A model generated the notes under the pieces. That model worked only from the letters and a program-made list of their open reading frames with translations, had not been told where the DNA came from and ran no database searches. A DNA stretch of 64,000 nt from Alphaproteobacteria bacterium (GTDB taxonomy: Bacteria > Pseudomonadota > Alphaproteobacteria > UBA2966). Below, piece after piece: positions 38,096-48,435 of the stretch. The position numbers and the translations under genes are program-made. Positions within the stretch are counted from its first letter, which is position 1; each line of letters opens with the position of its first letter. Location of the stretch: contig JABILA010000094.1 of the NCBI GenBank assembly GCA_018654745.1, positions 19,237 to 83,236 on the forward strand, read 5' to 3'.

Positions 38096-39277
38096 TCAGT
38101 TTTTGCCTTTTGTTTCCGGCAACCCATACAGGACGGCACCGGTTCCACACCAGCCATGCAGGCGCATTAGAAATTTGTAGTCCGGAAATTCATCCATAAC
38201 CCAGCGCGGCAATGCCCAGAGTCCATTACTGTTGTGATAAGTTGTTACAGCAATAACTGGACGATGACTCGCAATTAGATTTCGAGCGCCTTTCAACGCA
38301 TTCAATTCTGCACCTTCGAGATGCATTTTGATAAATCCTGGAGCCAAAGACAAATCATCCAAAGCAATCACTTCAAGAGCTTCTGCGCCAAGTTCCGAAA
38401 GTTGCGAAGCGTAACCCAGTCCCTCAAAAAACAACTGCTCTCCAACGTGTTCTCCGGCAATTGCCGGTATTATCTCTACCTTCTCTATAACGTTAGTTGG
38501 TAAATTTTCCTTGAAAGTTTTCAATCTTTTCAGGTTGTTTTTATCTGGTTCGATTGCCCAGATTTTGTCAAAATCCGGGCCAACCAAATTTATATATTGT
38601 TCCGCAACTTCGCCAACGTGGGCCCCGACATCAAGGAACGATTTTCGATCCGACAATTCGCTCAAGACTTCCGGAATAAAGTAACGGTTATCCGTTGTTA
38701 CGGGTGCTTGTTCGAAGTTCCATTCCTCTCGCAATAATCTCCACGCAATGAATTGGAGGTGATGTGCCCTTGAAATATCGTCGTTCCAGCCTTCAAGGAC
38801 AGCATTGATCATTGAAACGTCATACGTTGAAATTGGATCAGAAAACCACCCGTTCGAAAGCGGATGGCGGTCCCTGAAAGCCTCTGTTACGTCGTAAAAT
38901 GGTACGATGTTCGTCCATCCTCCAGCGATCAGATTAGTTTTAATATCGGCATAGCGGGCAGTGACAACAGACACAGCAAGCAAAGTTTCCTTTTTTCGTT
39001 TCGCATCAACTTCTTCAGGCGTGAATACATCTACGCCTGTCCAATAACCATCTTCGCGAATGTTTGCGGCATTGGCATCTACCACAAACGCTAAAGGAAC
39101 CCCCACTCTCTCCAGGTACTCGCGTGCCAGTCTGCCAAGGTTTCCGCCTCCATAGATAGCAAGCGGCTTGTCGAGCGATATGGGCTTGCGGAGTATCGGA
39201 GAATTCACAATACGCTGCGCCAATTCTTTGGCCTGAGAGCGGTTTGGCAAATAATCAATGTTGAATGAAGAAGTCAT
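38096..39277 (-). CDS. FkbM-family methyltransferase
   Basis: FLDVGAHVG, AIEPD and FIKMHLEGAELNALKGA...RPVIAVTTYH. Confidence 0.88.
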   Translation of the reverse strand: MTSSFNIDYLPNRSQAKELAQRIVNSPILRKPISLDKPLAIYGGGNLGRLAREYLERVGVPLAFVVDANAANIREDGYWTGVDVFTPEEVDAKRKKETLLAVSVVTARYADIKTNLIAGGWTNIVPFYDVTEAFRDRHPLSNGWFSDPISTYDVSMINAVLEGWNDDISRAHHLQFIAWRLLREEWNFEQAPVTTDNRYFIPEVLSELSDRKSFLDVGAHVGEVAEQYINLVGPDFDKIWAIEPDKNNLKRLKTFKENLPTNVIEKVEIIPAIAGEHVGEQLFFEGLGYASQLSELGAEALEVIALDDLSLAPGFIKMHLEGAELNALKGARNLIASHRPVIAVTTYHNSNGLWALPRWVMDEFPDYKFLMRLHGWCGTGAVLYGLPETKGKN

Positions 39278-39336
39278 TTATCAACAACCCGGACGGATGA
39301 GCTGCAACCGCCATGCAGAAAATTCTAATCGGTCGG

Positions 39337-40647
39337 TCATAGATGTTTGGCCCAGTTTTGGAACATCGGATCGTCAGGAAAGTAGTTCAGGAACTGATGC
39401 ACACTCCCTTTTGTACGTTCAAGATAAATGTGACGTGAATCTCCTTCCGGAGTGCATACATCTCCATTGTCCTGAAATATTGATTTACTGCGATCAAATA
39501 CCCTGAACCAATCAGATGGTGATTTCCCGAATATTCCTTCAAATTGAATTGATTTCTTTGGTTCATTCATCATTTCACGCCACTGCATTGAAAGTGAATG
39601 CTCCATATGTTCTGTCGTATATTTTGCTTTTGTGGCTTTCATAGCCCGGTGGGACATCGCGATCATTTCAGATCGGTTATTCGAAAGCCATTCAACGGCT
39701 TGAGCCAGTTCGTGTGGTGACTTCACGACTAATCCAGTTACGCCATCTTCAACAATATGCATTTCCGCCTGGTTGTTTAAAACGATTGGCACAACACCCA
39801 TGGCCATGGCTTCCAACAAAGCATTTTCAGCAGTCCCGTAATGGTTTGGGTTCAGGATATAAATCAAAATATCCAGCTGAGCGAGTTCCGCTTCGACGTC
39901 GTTCACATAGCCACAAAACTGCAAAATATCTGGTCGCCCGATATTCCTGCATTGTTCCTCAAGCGCCAGGCGGTTCACCTCATCTCCTATCAAACTGACT
40001 GTAAAATCTGGTTCAAAAACAGCCGCTATGAAGGAAACAAACTCCGGATGTAGTTTCGAGAAATTTAGTGTTCCGACATAACCCGCGCGTAAGGTCTTTT
40101 GATGTTGCTTGCGATTGAGCAGTGGTTTCATTTCTGTGACACAGCCACTGGATACTACTGTTAGATTTGCCATGAAAACTGATGAAAGGTTAACAACTTC
40201 TTCTGACGAGTACGAACAACTTGACGTAAAAATGAACTTCTGCGCCATCGACAACAAGCCCGGTGGGATTGCAGGATAATAAAGTCCAGAAGTATGGCAC
40301 CATACTATCAGGCGCATATTCTCAAATTGGGTTCCACACATCGCCCACGGTATTGAAGGATGGTTGATGAATTCCAGCTGTACGATGTCCGCTTTTCGGA
40401 TGGCATGTGAAAGCTGGTCAATATTGTCGAAGATATTAATTTCACATCCACTCTGTGTAGCCTCGTCGACAAACTGCGTTTTCTCGGGCGGCTCCAGGAG
40501 TATGATCTCATGTTCATCCTGTGGACTTGACAAGGCAGCCTGAACGACAAGAGAAGCAAGAGCTTTGCCAATCCCCCCACCCATATGAGGTGTAATGTGC
40601 AAGATGCGAATGCCTGAAGATTGATCCTTGCTCACGCCATCCATCAT
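39337..40647 (-). CDS. Glycosyltransferase family 4 (GT-B)
   Basis: ILHITPHMGGGIG and ALLEAMAMGVVPIV...IVEDGVTGLVV. Confidence 0.88.
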   Translation of the reverse strand: MMDGVSKDQSSGIRILHITPHMGGGIGKALASLVVQAALSSPQDEHEIILLEPPEKTQFVDEATQSGCEINIFDNIDQLSHAIRKADIVQLEFINHPSIPWAMCGTQFENMRLIVWCHTSGLYYPAIPPGLLSMAQKFIFTSSCSYSSEEVVNLSSVFMANLTVVSSGCVTEMKPLLNRKQHQKTLRAGYVGTLNFSKLHPEFVSFIAAVFEPDFTVSLIGDEVNRLALEEQCRNIGRPDILQFCGYVNDVEAELAQLDILIYILNPNHYGTAENALLEAMAMGVVPIVLNNQAEMHIVEDGVTGLVVKSPHELAQAVEWLSNNRSEMIAMSHRAMKATKAKYTTEHMEHSLSMQWREMMNEPKKSIQFEGIFGKSPSDWFRVFDRSKSIFQDNGDVCTPEGDSRHIYLERTKGSVHQFLNYFPDDPMFQNWAKHL

Positions 40648-40735
40648 CGATTGCCAGTAGCATCTATATGAAGGTTGAAATTGATCTTACCCTGCTCGCT
40701 CATGTTCGAAATGCAAAAAGATTTACCAGAAATCA

Positions 40736-41299
40736 TCACACTGCCACGCCCTGAAAATGATCGTCCAGATCTGGATGTCCAGCATCTTTGGCAGAAGAGT
40801 TGATTATTGGTAATGGCCAGTTGACCGCTATGCGCGGGTCATTAGCTTTTATCCCGCCTTCTGCCTCAGGATGATAGGCAGCGGTATTAATATATAGCGC
40901 TTCCACTTCCTCGGTAAGTGCCTGGTACCCGTGCGCAAAACCTTCAGGAATAACCAACGATTTATTGTTTTGTGCACTCAGGATTTCTGCATGCCAAAAC
41001 AAAAAGGTTGGTGAATTTTGTCGAATATCAACGCAGACATCAAACAATTCACCACGGGTACAACTAACAATCTTCGTCTCTGCATGAGGTGGGAGTTGAT
41101 AGTGCAGTCCCCGGACTATCCCACATCCTTTGGTAATTGAATGATTGATTTGCGCCACGTTTAGATTGGGTGCAAGCTCCGTCAGTTCTTCAAGGCAAAA
41201 CATGCGTTGAAACTGCCCACGGCTGTCCTCAAAAGGTTTTCTCTGCAGTACTTTCAAACCGCCTAAATGTGTATCTATGATGTCAAATCGATCACTCAT
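40736..41299 (-). CDS. rfbC: NDP-4-keto-6-deoxyglucose 3,5-epimerase (RmlC/RfbC family)
   Basis: DSRGQF, QINHS, VRGLHYQ, KIVSC, DVCVDIR, IPEGFAHGYQ and S.KD; start trimmed to ATG 41299. Confidence 0.9.
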   Translation of the reverse strand: MSDRFDIIDTHLGGLKVLQRKPFEDSRGQFQRMFCLEELTELAPNLNVAQINHSITKGCGIVRGLHYQLPPHAETKIVSCTRGELFDVCVDIRQNSPTFLFWHAEILSAQNNKSLVIPEGFAHGYQALTEEVEALYINTAAYHPEAEGGIKANDPRIAVNWPLPIINSSAKDAGHPDLDDHFQGVAV

Positions 41300-41321
41300 A
41301 ACATTTCCAAACCCCGGAAAA

Positions 41322-42344
41322 CTATTTTTTCTCTGCGTATTCCAGGAACGCAGGCAGAAGCTTTTCGCGATAAGCGTCAATATTGTCCGGCAGACAATGA
41401 GTTAATTGACCGCAGCTTTTGCATACCGGGTTTTCATTCCGCTTGCCTTCCAGATGCTGAAGGCGCAGATCATTCATCTCATCGGAATGCCATATTGATT
41501 TCACACTTTGGCGACGAGCATCACCCACAAGCAATTTTCGACCCCAATCGAGAAAGCAGGAACTCGCCAAGCCATCTGCGTTAATAGAGAGGCTGTAGAA
41601 AATGTAGGGACAAGTATCTGTTTGTGTAATCGATTGTTGATAAATGCCCTGCTGAATTTCCACGCCAGTATGCGTTTCAACATCAAATTCCGGCCAACAT
41701 GGCGCGAAGTTTTCAATGAATATTCTGTCACAATAGTCGCCAAAAACCTCAAGGAACTCTTCTTTTTGGTTCTCTGTCAATATATCTCCGGGTATCTTGA
41801 TCGAGACTTCACATGCACCTTTGTTTTGATCAAGCCATTTGACCGACTTCACAAATTCGTCAAAGTCAAATTCGTATTTGGTGAATTCCAGATATTGCCC
41901 GGCGTCCATCCCGTCGACCGAAATGTTTATTTTATCCAAACCTGCTTCGAGAACTGGTTCCAGCCTGGCAGGGGTCATCAGGGAACCATTTGTAGTCGTA
42001 TCAATATATTTGACTGCCCCGCTCTGCTTGGCATAAGCGATCATTTTGGCAAGGTTCTTATTCAAAAACGGCTCACCATCTTTGTACAATCGCAGGACTT
42101 TTACAGGTTGTGGAAATTCTTTCAGGTCATCAACAATTTTCTTGAACAGGTCCAGCTTCATCACCCCTTGAAAGCGACCAGTTTCATCTATCAGCTTCTG
42201 GTGTCCGGTCGGGCAGAACGGACAACTAAAGTTGCACGCACTCGCAGGATCGACAAATAACGTGATAGGCGTATCAAGTGGAATAACATCCTGCAGAAGC
42301 GTTCGATCTTCCAGATTAATTCTTGGTTGATATTTGGCTTTCAC
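41322..42344 (-). CDS. Radical SAM/SPASM domain protein
   Basis: CNFSCPFC, YKDGEPF, TTNG and C-terminal CPY...NADG...C...CKSC. Confidence 0.9.
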   Translation of the reverse strand: MKAKYQPRINLEDRTLLQDVIPLDTPITLFVDPASACNFSCPFCPTGHQKLIDETGRFQGVMKLDLFKKIVDDLKEFPQPVKVLRLYKDGEPFLNKNLAKMIAYAKQSGAVKYIDTTTNGSLMTPARLEPVLEAGLDKINISVDGMDAGQYLEFTKYEFDFDEFVKSVKWLDQNKGACEVSIKIPGDILTENQKEEFLEVFGDYCDRIFIENFAPCWPEFDVETHTGVEIQQGIYQQSITQTDTCPYIFYSLSINADGLASSCFLDWGRKLLVGDARRQSVKSIWHSDEMNDLRLQHLEGKRNENPVCKSCGQLTHCLPDNIDAYREKLLPAFLEYAEKK

Positions 42345-42414
42345 TGCACGTCCTCTATTGCGATAGGTAGATTATTTGTTGAATAGAAACGAAAAGTTTT
42401 CACAAACCACCATT

Positions 42415-44055
42415 CTATACGAGATTAAAAACGCCGGCATAGTCCTGCCAGATGGGTTCGCTCTCGATTATAGAGTGAAATGCCTTTCTGTTGTCTTCTA
42501 TTGACTGGAGGCTACCGCCTGACTGTTCATATGCTTTTGCCAGGTAGTAGTGAGCAAAGGCATGTTGATCATAGCGTTCAAGTACTTCTTCAAAGCACTT
42601 GGCTGCGGCATTGAAGTTTCCAATCCGCATTTGACGGTTATTAACAAAGTTTGTTTCCAGGTTCATGAGATAGGCTACACGTGTAATTTTCTCTGGCTCG
42701 AGACCAATTTCGGGAGCATTTATCATGTACTGGTTCCCGATAACTTCACCTATTCCGATATCTTTATCGATATATCCCTTGTCAACACAGATCGTATGCA
42801 GCTCACTTCCTCGTACAGGAGATGCCAGACTAAACCCGCTCCAATCAAGATCGGCATCCTTTATTAGCTGAAGCGTTTCCTGACGGTGATCGTCCATTTC
42901 ACCAGGCAAACCGATTACAAAAAAGGCCTGTACAAAAATATTGTTCTTTTGAAGGGCTTCTACGACCGGTCGAATTTTTCTTTTCTTTAGAGGTTTTTTG
43001 ATGATCTTGTTCAAGACGTAGTCTGAACCCGATTCAATGGCGAGCGGAATCGTATCAAAACCGGCTTCTTTCATGAGACGAGCCATTTCATCGTCTATAT
43101 AGACGAGCGTCACACCATTAGGGGCCTCGAGGCGAAGATTGAACTTGGCGAGCCGGCGGAAAAGTTCTTTGGCACGTGCAGTATCAATCAAAAGCTGATC
43201 GTCATAGAACGTAAGAACGTTCATGCCATATTTGTCGACGAGATGTTTTACATGATTGATGATGGCATCAATTTCAATGTACCTCATGTTGGCACCATGT
43301 AAAAAAGGCTCTGCGCAAAACACACACTTGAAAGGGCAACCGCGTGACGTAACGACGAAGAACTGTCTGACGTCATCTTCATTGCGGTAGGATGCAAAGG
43401 GTGAGAAGGCCTCCTTCATGCTATAGGCACTGGCGTCCACAAGATCATAGTCCACGTCTACTACGTCATTCAGATTATCAACGTAAACTGACCTGGCCTT
43501 TCTACCTTCCGATATTGAGCGCTTTGTTATCCACGGATCGTTGTCCAACTCGAGCCAACGGTCTTCGCTTTCAACCAGCCTTTTGATTGCCGTTTCACCC
43601 TCCGAATGGCATATAGCATCGACAAATTCCTGCTCCTTGATTATCTCGCCGGAAGAGGTCGTGGCTGAAGCTCCACCTAACAAAACCAAAGCATCCGGGT
43701 TGTGTTGCTTGAGTTGTTGGGAAATGCCTCGCACGTACTGGTAGGATTGATCGAACATCATTGACATGCCGATGATGTCTGGTTGGTGAGTATCCAATGA
43801 CTGTTGAATGACATCAAAAATTTCGTCCAACGAAAAAAAGTTCAAGTCCAGGATTTTTGCATTTACACGGGTTTTGGAAAACCTTTTTACGTATGAGGCC
43901 AGCGTTAATACGCCGTATGGAAAAGCAAGGAAGCTCTTGGTCTTAACCCTGGTTGCCAGATCTTTTTTCACAAGATACGGCAGCACAATCAACAATATTG
44001 TTGTGCCACCCGGCAGCTCTTTAGCACCAGACTTCTGATCAATCTCACCGGCCAC
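42415..44055 (-). CDS. Cobalamin-binding radical SAM protein, paralogue of 34690-36312
   Basis: FLAFPYGVLTLASY, AYSMKEAFSP, TSRGCPFKCVFCAEP and AIESGSDYVL shared with the paralogue; GTG start. Confidence 0.9.
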   Translation of the reverse strand: MAGEIDQKSGAKELPGGTTILLIVLPYLVKKDLATRVKTKSFLAFPYGVLTLASYVKRFSKTRVNAKILDLNFFSLDEIFDVIQQSLDTHQPDIIGMSMMFDQSYQYVRGISQQLKQHNPDALVLLGGASATTSSGEIIKEQEFVDAICHSEGETAIKRLVESEDRWLELDNDPWITKRSISEGRKARSVYVDNLNDVVDVDYDLVDASAYSMKEAFSPFASYRNEDDVRQFFVVTSRGCPFKCVFCAEPFLHGANMRYIEIDAIINHVKHLVDKYGMNVLTFYDDQLLIDTARAKELFRRLAKFNLRLEAPNGVTLVYIDDEMARLMKEAGFDTIPLAIESGSDYVLNKIIKKPLKKRKIRPVVEALQKNNIFVQAFFVIGLPGEMDDHRQETLQLIKDADLDWSGFSLASPVRGSELHTICVDKGYIDKDIGIGEVIGNQYMINAPEIGLEPEKITRVAYLMNLETNFVNNRQMRIGNFNAAAKCFEEVLERYDQHAFAHYYLAKAYEQSGGSLQSIEDNRKAFHSIIESEPIWQDYAGVFNLV

Positions 44056-44347
44056 CAGGTTTGCTCCGTTCCCATGATTTTAATTGAAGATATCGCACTA
44101 CTGCTACGACCCTAATAGTACTGAACCTGTATTACTAAACATTTAAATCACAGAGAAAAATACTTTGATTTGCGAGTACTCAGAAGTAGAACAGCCGACG
44201 CAACCGTTCGATGATTTGGTTAATTTGAAGAAAAATTCAGAGACCGGGCCTGGAATAATCCACTCCTGATCCTGAATATCTGCAACTGAGTTCATCTTGC
44301 ATATAACAGGCGTTTGTAGATATTTCGATGTTTGAGGTATTGCTAAC

Positions 44348-45460
44348 CTACGCCGCGAAAAACCTGTTCACACAGTTCGCAACATATTCAATATCACCGT
44401 CCTTTAGGAACTGATTGGCCGGCAAGGTCAGAATACGGCTGGCCTGCCGTTCAGTCTCGGGCATGTCGCCTTCGCGATATCCAAGCTCCAGTGCCGCTGG
44501 CTGCAAATGCAAGGGCAGCGGATAGTGGATTGCTGTTTCGACGCCGTTGTCTGCCAACCACGCTTTTAATGCGTCTCTGCGTTCAACCTGAATAACGAAT
44601 GTATGCCAGGTGTTGTGTTCAATCGATCTCTCAAGCGGCAAGAACACATGCATCGGGTCCAGAAGTTCGTGATATAGGTCCGCGTTGTGCCGGCGCCGAG
44701 CGTTCACGTTATCAAGGCGTGCGAGCCGCATGCCCAGTATCGCTGCCTGAAGCGTATCCATGCGAGAAACCCAGCCCCATTCAAGAACTGTGTCCCGTCC
44801 CTGGAGCCCATGATTTCGCATGCGTCTGAGATTATCTGCAAGATCGGTATTATTGGTTGTCACAAATCCAGCGTCACCACCGGCGTTCAAATTCTTTAAT
44901 GGATGTGCAGAGAAACACCCGGCGTCACCAAAAGTACCCGCCTTCTTACCGTTGTATCGTGAGCCAATCGCCTGTGCTGCATCTTCAATGACAAACAAAT
45001 CATGTTTTCTGGCAAGATCCATAATGGGGTCCATGTCCGCGACCCGACCAGTCAAATGCACCGGCATGATCGCCCGTGTGTTCTGCGTGATTTCGTTGGC
45101 AACAGCTTCCGGATCAATATTCTGATCCGGCAAAATGTCAGCGAAAACCGGCGTCGCCCCCAAATGTGCAATGGCTGCAGTAGAAGCCACAAAAGAATTG
45201 GGTGGTGTGATAACCTCGTCACCAGGGCCGATACCCAACCCACGCATGGACATGATCAGGGCATCTGTACCCGAATTGAGGGCAACAACTTGATCCACAC
45301 CACAATAAGAAGCAGCCTCGGTTTCAAACAGGGCAACGGCCTCACCACCAACAAAGTCACCCCGACTAAAAACGGCTTCTATGCATTCGCGAACAAGATC
45401 ACCCTCTTCCTCCCACTGAGCCGGAAAATTTACATAGGGAACGCGCCAGGAGTTTGTCAT
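44348..45460 (-). CDS. DegT/DnrJ/EryC1/StrS-family PLP-dependent sugar aminotransferase
   Basis: NSGTDAL, GPGDEVI, IEDAAQ, FSAHPLKNL (PLP Lys) and IHYPLPLH. Confidence 0.93.
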   Translation of the reverse strand: MTNSWRVPYVNFPAQWEEEGDLVRECIEAVFSRGDFVGGEAVALFETEAASYCGVDQVVALNSGTDALIMSMRGLGIGPGDEVITPPNSFVASTAAIAHLGATPVFADILPDQNIDPEAVANEITQNTRAIMPVHLTGRVADMDPIMDLARKHDLFVIEDAAQAIGSRYNGKKAGTFGDAGCFSAHPLKNLNAGGDAGFVTTNNTDLADNLRRMRNHGLQGRDTVLEWGWVSRMDTLQAAILGMRLARLDNVNARRRHNADLYHELLDPMHVFLPLERSIEHNTWHTFVIQVERRDALKAWLADNGVETAIHYPLPLHLQPAALELGYREGDMPETERQASRILTLPANQFLKDGDIEYVANCVNRFFAA

Positions 45461-45465
45461 AGCTG

Positions 45466-46578
45466 CTAGTTACCGGCGTAGAAATCACGAACCGTCTGGA
45501 TCACGATATCCAGTTGCTCGGGATTCAGGTGTTGGTCGGTTGGAAAGGTAATGATGTTTTTTGCATGACGGTCGGTTACCGGAAAATCTCCGACCTTATA
45601 ACCAAGGTGAGCCAGTCCCTCTTGTAGATATAACGGAATGGGATAGTGAATTTTTGCCTCCACACCTTTTTCAAGGCAGTATTCGTACAAGTCATCCCGG
45701 TCCTCCGCAAAAACGATGTACAAATGAAATACGCGTTTCACATTGTCGCGCCTTGGCGGAATAGTAATCTGGGGTACATCTGCAAAAGCAGCATCATATA
45801 CAGCCGCATTATCAATGCGTTTCTGGGTGATGTCGTGCGTATCACCGATCAACCAGTTACCAACAATAGCCTGCAGAGTATCCAGTCGCGAATTATAGCC
45901 GAGTAACGCGATCTCATCCCGATTTTGCAAACCGTGGTTTCTGAGCAATCTGAGTTTGGCCGCGACTTCATCATCGTTCGTTACGATGACGCCGCCGTCG
46001 CCCCATACATTCAGGTTTTTCAAAGGATGTAACGAAAACCCGCCGGCAATACCCCAGGTACCAGCCCGTTTGCCATCAATGCTGGCCAATATGCCCTGAC
46101 AAGCGTCTTCGACAACCGGTAAATTGTGGCGATCCGCAATCTCCATCAATTTTGGCATGTCGGTTATTTCACCTGTGAACTGCACAGGCATAATGGCCCT
46201 GGTGCGTTCGGTGATTGCCGCTTCAACCTGGCTGACATCCATACAAAAGGTATCGTCGCAATCTACAAAGACCGGCGTTGCTCCAATTTCGTTAATGGCG
46301 CCAACAGTGGCGATAAAAGTATTCGCAGTCGTGATAACTTCGTCGCCATGGCCGACGCCAACAGCCTTCAAAGGAAGTTTCAGCGCATCAGTCCCGGAGC
46401 CGACGCCGATAGCGTGGCGGGTGCCTATGAGGTCAGCAAAGCGTCCTTCAAATTCCGTCAGCGGCGCACCCAGTGTAAAGTCACCGGTCGGGATGAACTT
46501 TTTGATCTCTTCAAAAAGGTCATCAACGTTGCCAAACTGTTGCGGTAAATAGCTATAGCGAACACGGAATTCAGACAT
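45466..46578 (-). CDS. DegT/DnrJ/EryC1/StrS-family PLP-dependent sugar aminotransferase
   Basis: GSGTDAL, VEDACQ, FSLHPLKNLNVWGDGG, NSRLDTLQA and IHYPIPL. Confidence 0.93.
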   Translation of the reverse strand: MSEFRVRYSYLPQQFGNVDDLFEEIKKFIPTGDFTLGAPLTEFEGRFADLIGTRHAIGVGSGTDALKLPLKAVGVGHGDEVITTANTFIATVGAINEIGATPVFVDCDDTFCMDVSQVEAAITERTRAIMPVQFTGEITDMPKLMEIADRHNLPVVEDACQGILASIDGKRAGTWGIAGGFSLHPLKNLNVWGDGGVIVTNDDEVAAKLRLLRNHGLQNRDEIALLGYNSRLDTLQAIVGNWLIGDTHDITQKRIDNAAVYDAAFADVPQITIPPRRDNVKRVFHLYIVFAEDRDDLYEYCLEKGVEAKIHYPIPLYLQEGLAHLGYKVGDFPVTDRHAKNIITFPTDQHLNPEQLDIVIQTVRDFYAGN

Positions 46579-46618
46579 CGATTGTTCTTCTTTTTACAGA
46601 ATGAGCTCGGTTTATTGC

Positions 46619-47572
46619 CTAGCCACCAACGGCGGATACAGGGGATGCAGATGAAACGGCATCGCGAACAGACTGTGCAAGTTGTGAGGGTTGCAGACCA
46701 TAGATTTCAAGAAGGTCATCTTGTGATCCATATTTGTCCGTAAAGACATCGGGAACCGCCAGGGATAGAATTTGTGGACCCCCTGCGCCAAAAGTTCCTG
46801 CAAGCAAGTCTGTCACAGCGCTGCTGAGGCCGCCAATGCGGGAATGTTCTTCCGCAACAACGATAAGGGAAGCCCTGCGTGCCGCTTTCATAATCGCATT
46901 TTCGTCCAGTGGCTTTACGGTGTGGATATGCAACACACTTGCGTTGATACCTTCAGTCTTTAATTCATCAGAAGCAGCCATGGCACGGTTGGTCATGATG
47001 CCGGTGGAAATGAAAGCGACATCGCCACCATCCCGGTATTCAATGGCCCGACCAATTTCAAAGCCATGATGATCATTGGAAATGACTTCGTCCCCGCCTT
47101 TTGCCAATCGGATGTAAGATGGGCCACGAACTTCCATTGTTGCCGGGATAAGCTTGCGCATCTCTTCCTTGTCGGAAGGTGCAAAGACCGACATGTTAGG
47201 CAATGCTCGCATAATGGCCATGTCTTCCAGCGCAATATGCGTCGGACCCAGTGGGGCGTAAACCATGCCGCCACCGTTGGCGATAAGTTTTACTGGCAGG
47301 TTATGCAAACAAAGATCGACGGCGACCTGCTCGTAGCAACGACGTGTCAAAAAGGTCGCGATCGTGTTAACGAACGGAATCAATCCGTCCATCGCCATTC
47401 CGGCTGCCATGCCAATGATGTTTGCCTCATTGATGCCTTCCATGAAAAACCGATCGGGCATTTCATCGCGAAAGACATCCATCGTTCCGGCACCCAGATC
47501 AGAGCCGATGAAAACAACACGTTCATCTTCCCGTGCCAGCTCATAAACCATATCCAGCGCAGTACGTCTCAT
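46619..47572 (-). CDS. Transketolase, C-terminal (pyrimidine-binding) subunit
   Basis: EGINEANIIGMAAG, RCYEQ, LGPTH, YIRL, TVKPLD and EEHSRIGGL. Confidence 0.92.
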   Translation of the reverse strand: MRRTALDMVYELAREDERVVFIGSDLGAGTMDVFRDEMPDRFFMEGINEANIIGMAAGMAMDGLIPFVNTIATFLTRRCYEQVAVDLCLHNLPVKLIANGGGMVYAPLGPTHIALEDMAIMRALPNMSVFAPSDKEEMRKLIPATMEVRGPSYIRLAKGGDEVISNDHHGFEIGRAIEYRDGGDVAFISTGIMTNRAMAASDELKTEGINASVLHIHTVKPLDENAIMKAARRASLIVVAEEHSRIGGLSSAVTDLLAGTFGAGGPQILSLAVPDVFTDKYGSQDDLLEIYGLQPSQLAQSVRDAVSSASPVSAVGG

Positions 47573-48435
47573 CAGGCAACCTCCGCGCCGGCATATACCG
47601 CGTCATACAGGGCGCTGATTTCTTCCGCCGATATCTTTGATTTGTGATGCCAACCTGCCTGGTGTTCGATATGGGCGATACCTTTGCCTTTGACAGTGTG
47701 GCAGATCACAACACTCGGCTTGCCAGCTGTATATGGCAGGCGCGTCAGTGATTGCTGCAGGTCTGTTACGTCATGACCATCAACACTATCAACGGCAAAA
47801 CCAAAAGCCTCCCATTTGTCAGCCAATGGCTCCAGGTCCTGGACGTCAGTTGTTGGTCCATAGGATTGCAGCTTGTTATAATCGATCAGGACAGTCAGGT
47901 TATCGAGCCCGTGTTTGCCTGCGCACATGGCACTTTCCCAAACACTGCCCTCATTTATCTCACCGTCACCGGTCACAACGAATACCCTGCTGTCGCGTTT
48001 TTGCAGACGGGCAGCCAGAGCCATACCTACACCGATACCCAGGCCATGGCCGAGAGCCCCTGTGGACGCTTCGACCCCGGGGACCTTATCGCGTTCAGGG
48101 TGACCACCCAAAATAGAATCACGTTTGCAATAAGTTAGCAGATCAGATTTCGGAAAATACCCCTTGTCGGCCAGGACGGCATACAAACCGAGGCAGCCAT
48201 GTCCTTTCGAAAGGATGCACCTGTCCCGCTCCAACCAATCCGGCTGGTCTGGTTTGAAACGCAGGATATCGTCATACAACACCCGCAGAATTTCCAGCAG
48301 AGACAGCGCAGACGGCAGGTGTCCACGCCCTCCCCCTTCCATGGCGGCAACACAATCCCGTCGAAGATCTCTCGAACGTTGATCAAGCGGGGGTGTATTA
48401 TACAGGGGCATTTCAGTCAAAACGGGGTCCTTCAA
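47572..48435 (-). CDS. Transketolase, N-terminal (ThDP-binding) subunit
   Basis: GRGH, RDRCILSKGH, GHP, STGALGHGL, GDGEINEG...N and HTVKGKG. Confidence 0.93.
   Translation of the reverse strand: MKDPVLTEMPLYNTPPLDQRSRDLRRDCVAAMEGGGRGHLPSALSLLEILRVLYDDILRFKPDQPDWLERDRCILSKGHGCLGLYAVLADKGYFPKSDLLTYCKRDSILGGHPERDKVPGVEASTGALGHGLGIGVGMALAARLQKRDSRVFVVTGDGEINEGSVWESAMCAGKHGLDNLTVLIDYNKLQSYGPTTDVQDLEPLADKWEAFGFAVDSVDGHDVTDLQQSLTRLPYTAGKPSVVICHTVKGKGIAHIEHQAGWHHKSKISAEEISALYDAVYAGAEVA

Noticed and set aside
40644-40703. 19-codon minus-strand ORF (MSEQGKINFNLHIDATGNR) overlapping the GT4 start, considered as a radical SAM/SPASM precursor peptide
   Set aside because: No ribosome-binding site or RiPP-like features, no transporter or peptidase nearby, and the context is sugar biosynthesis; probably chance or a gene remnant.
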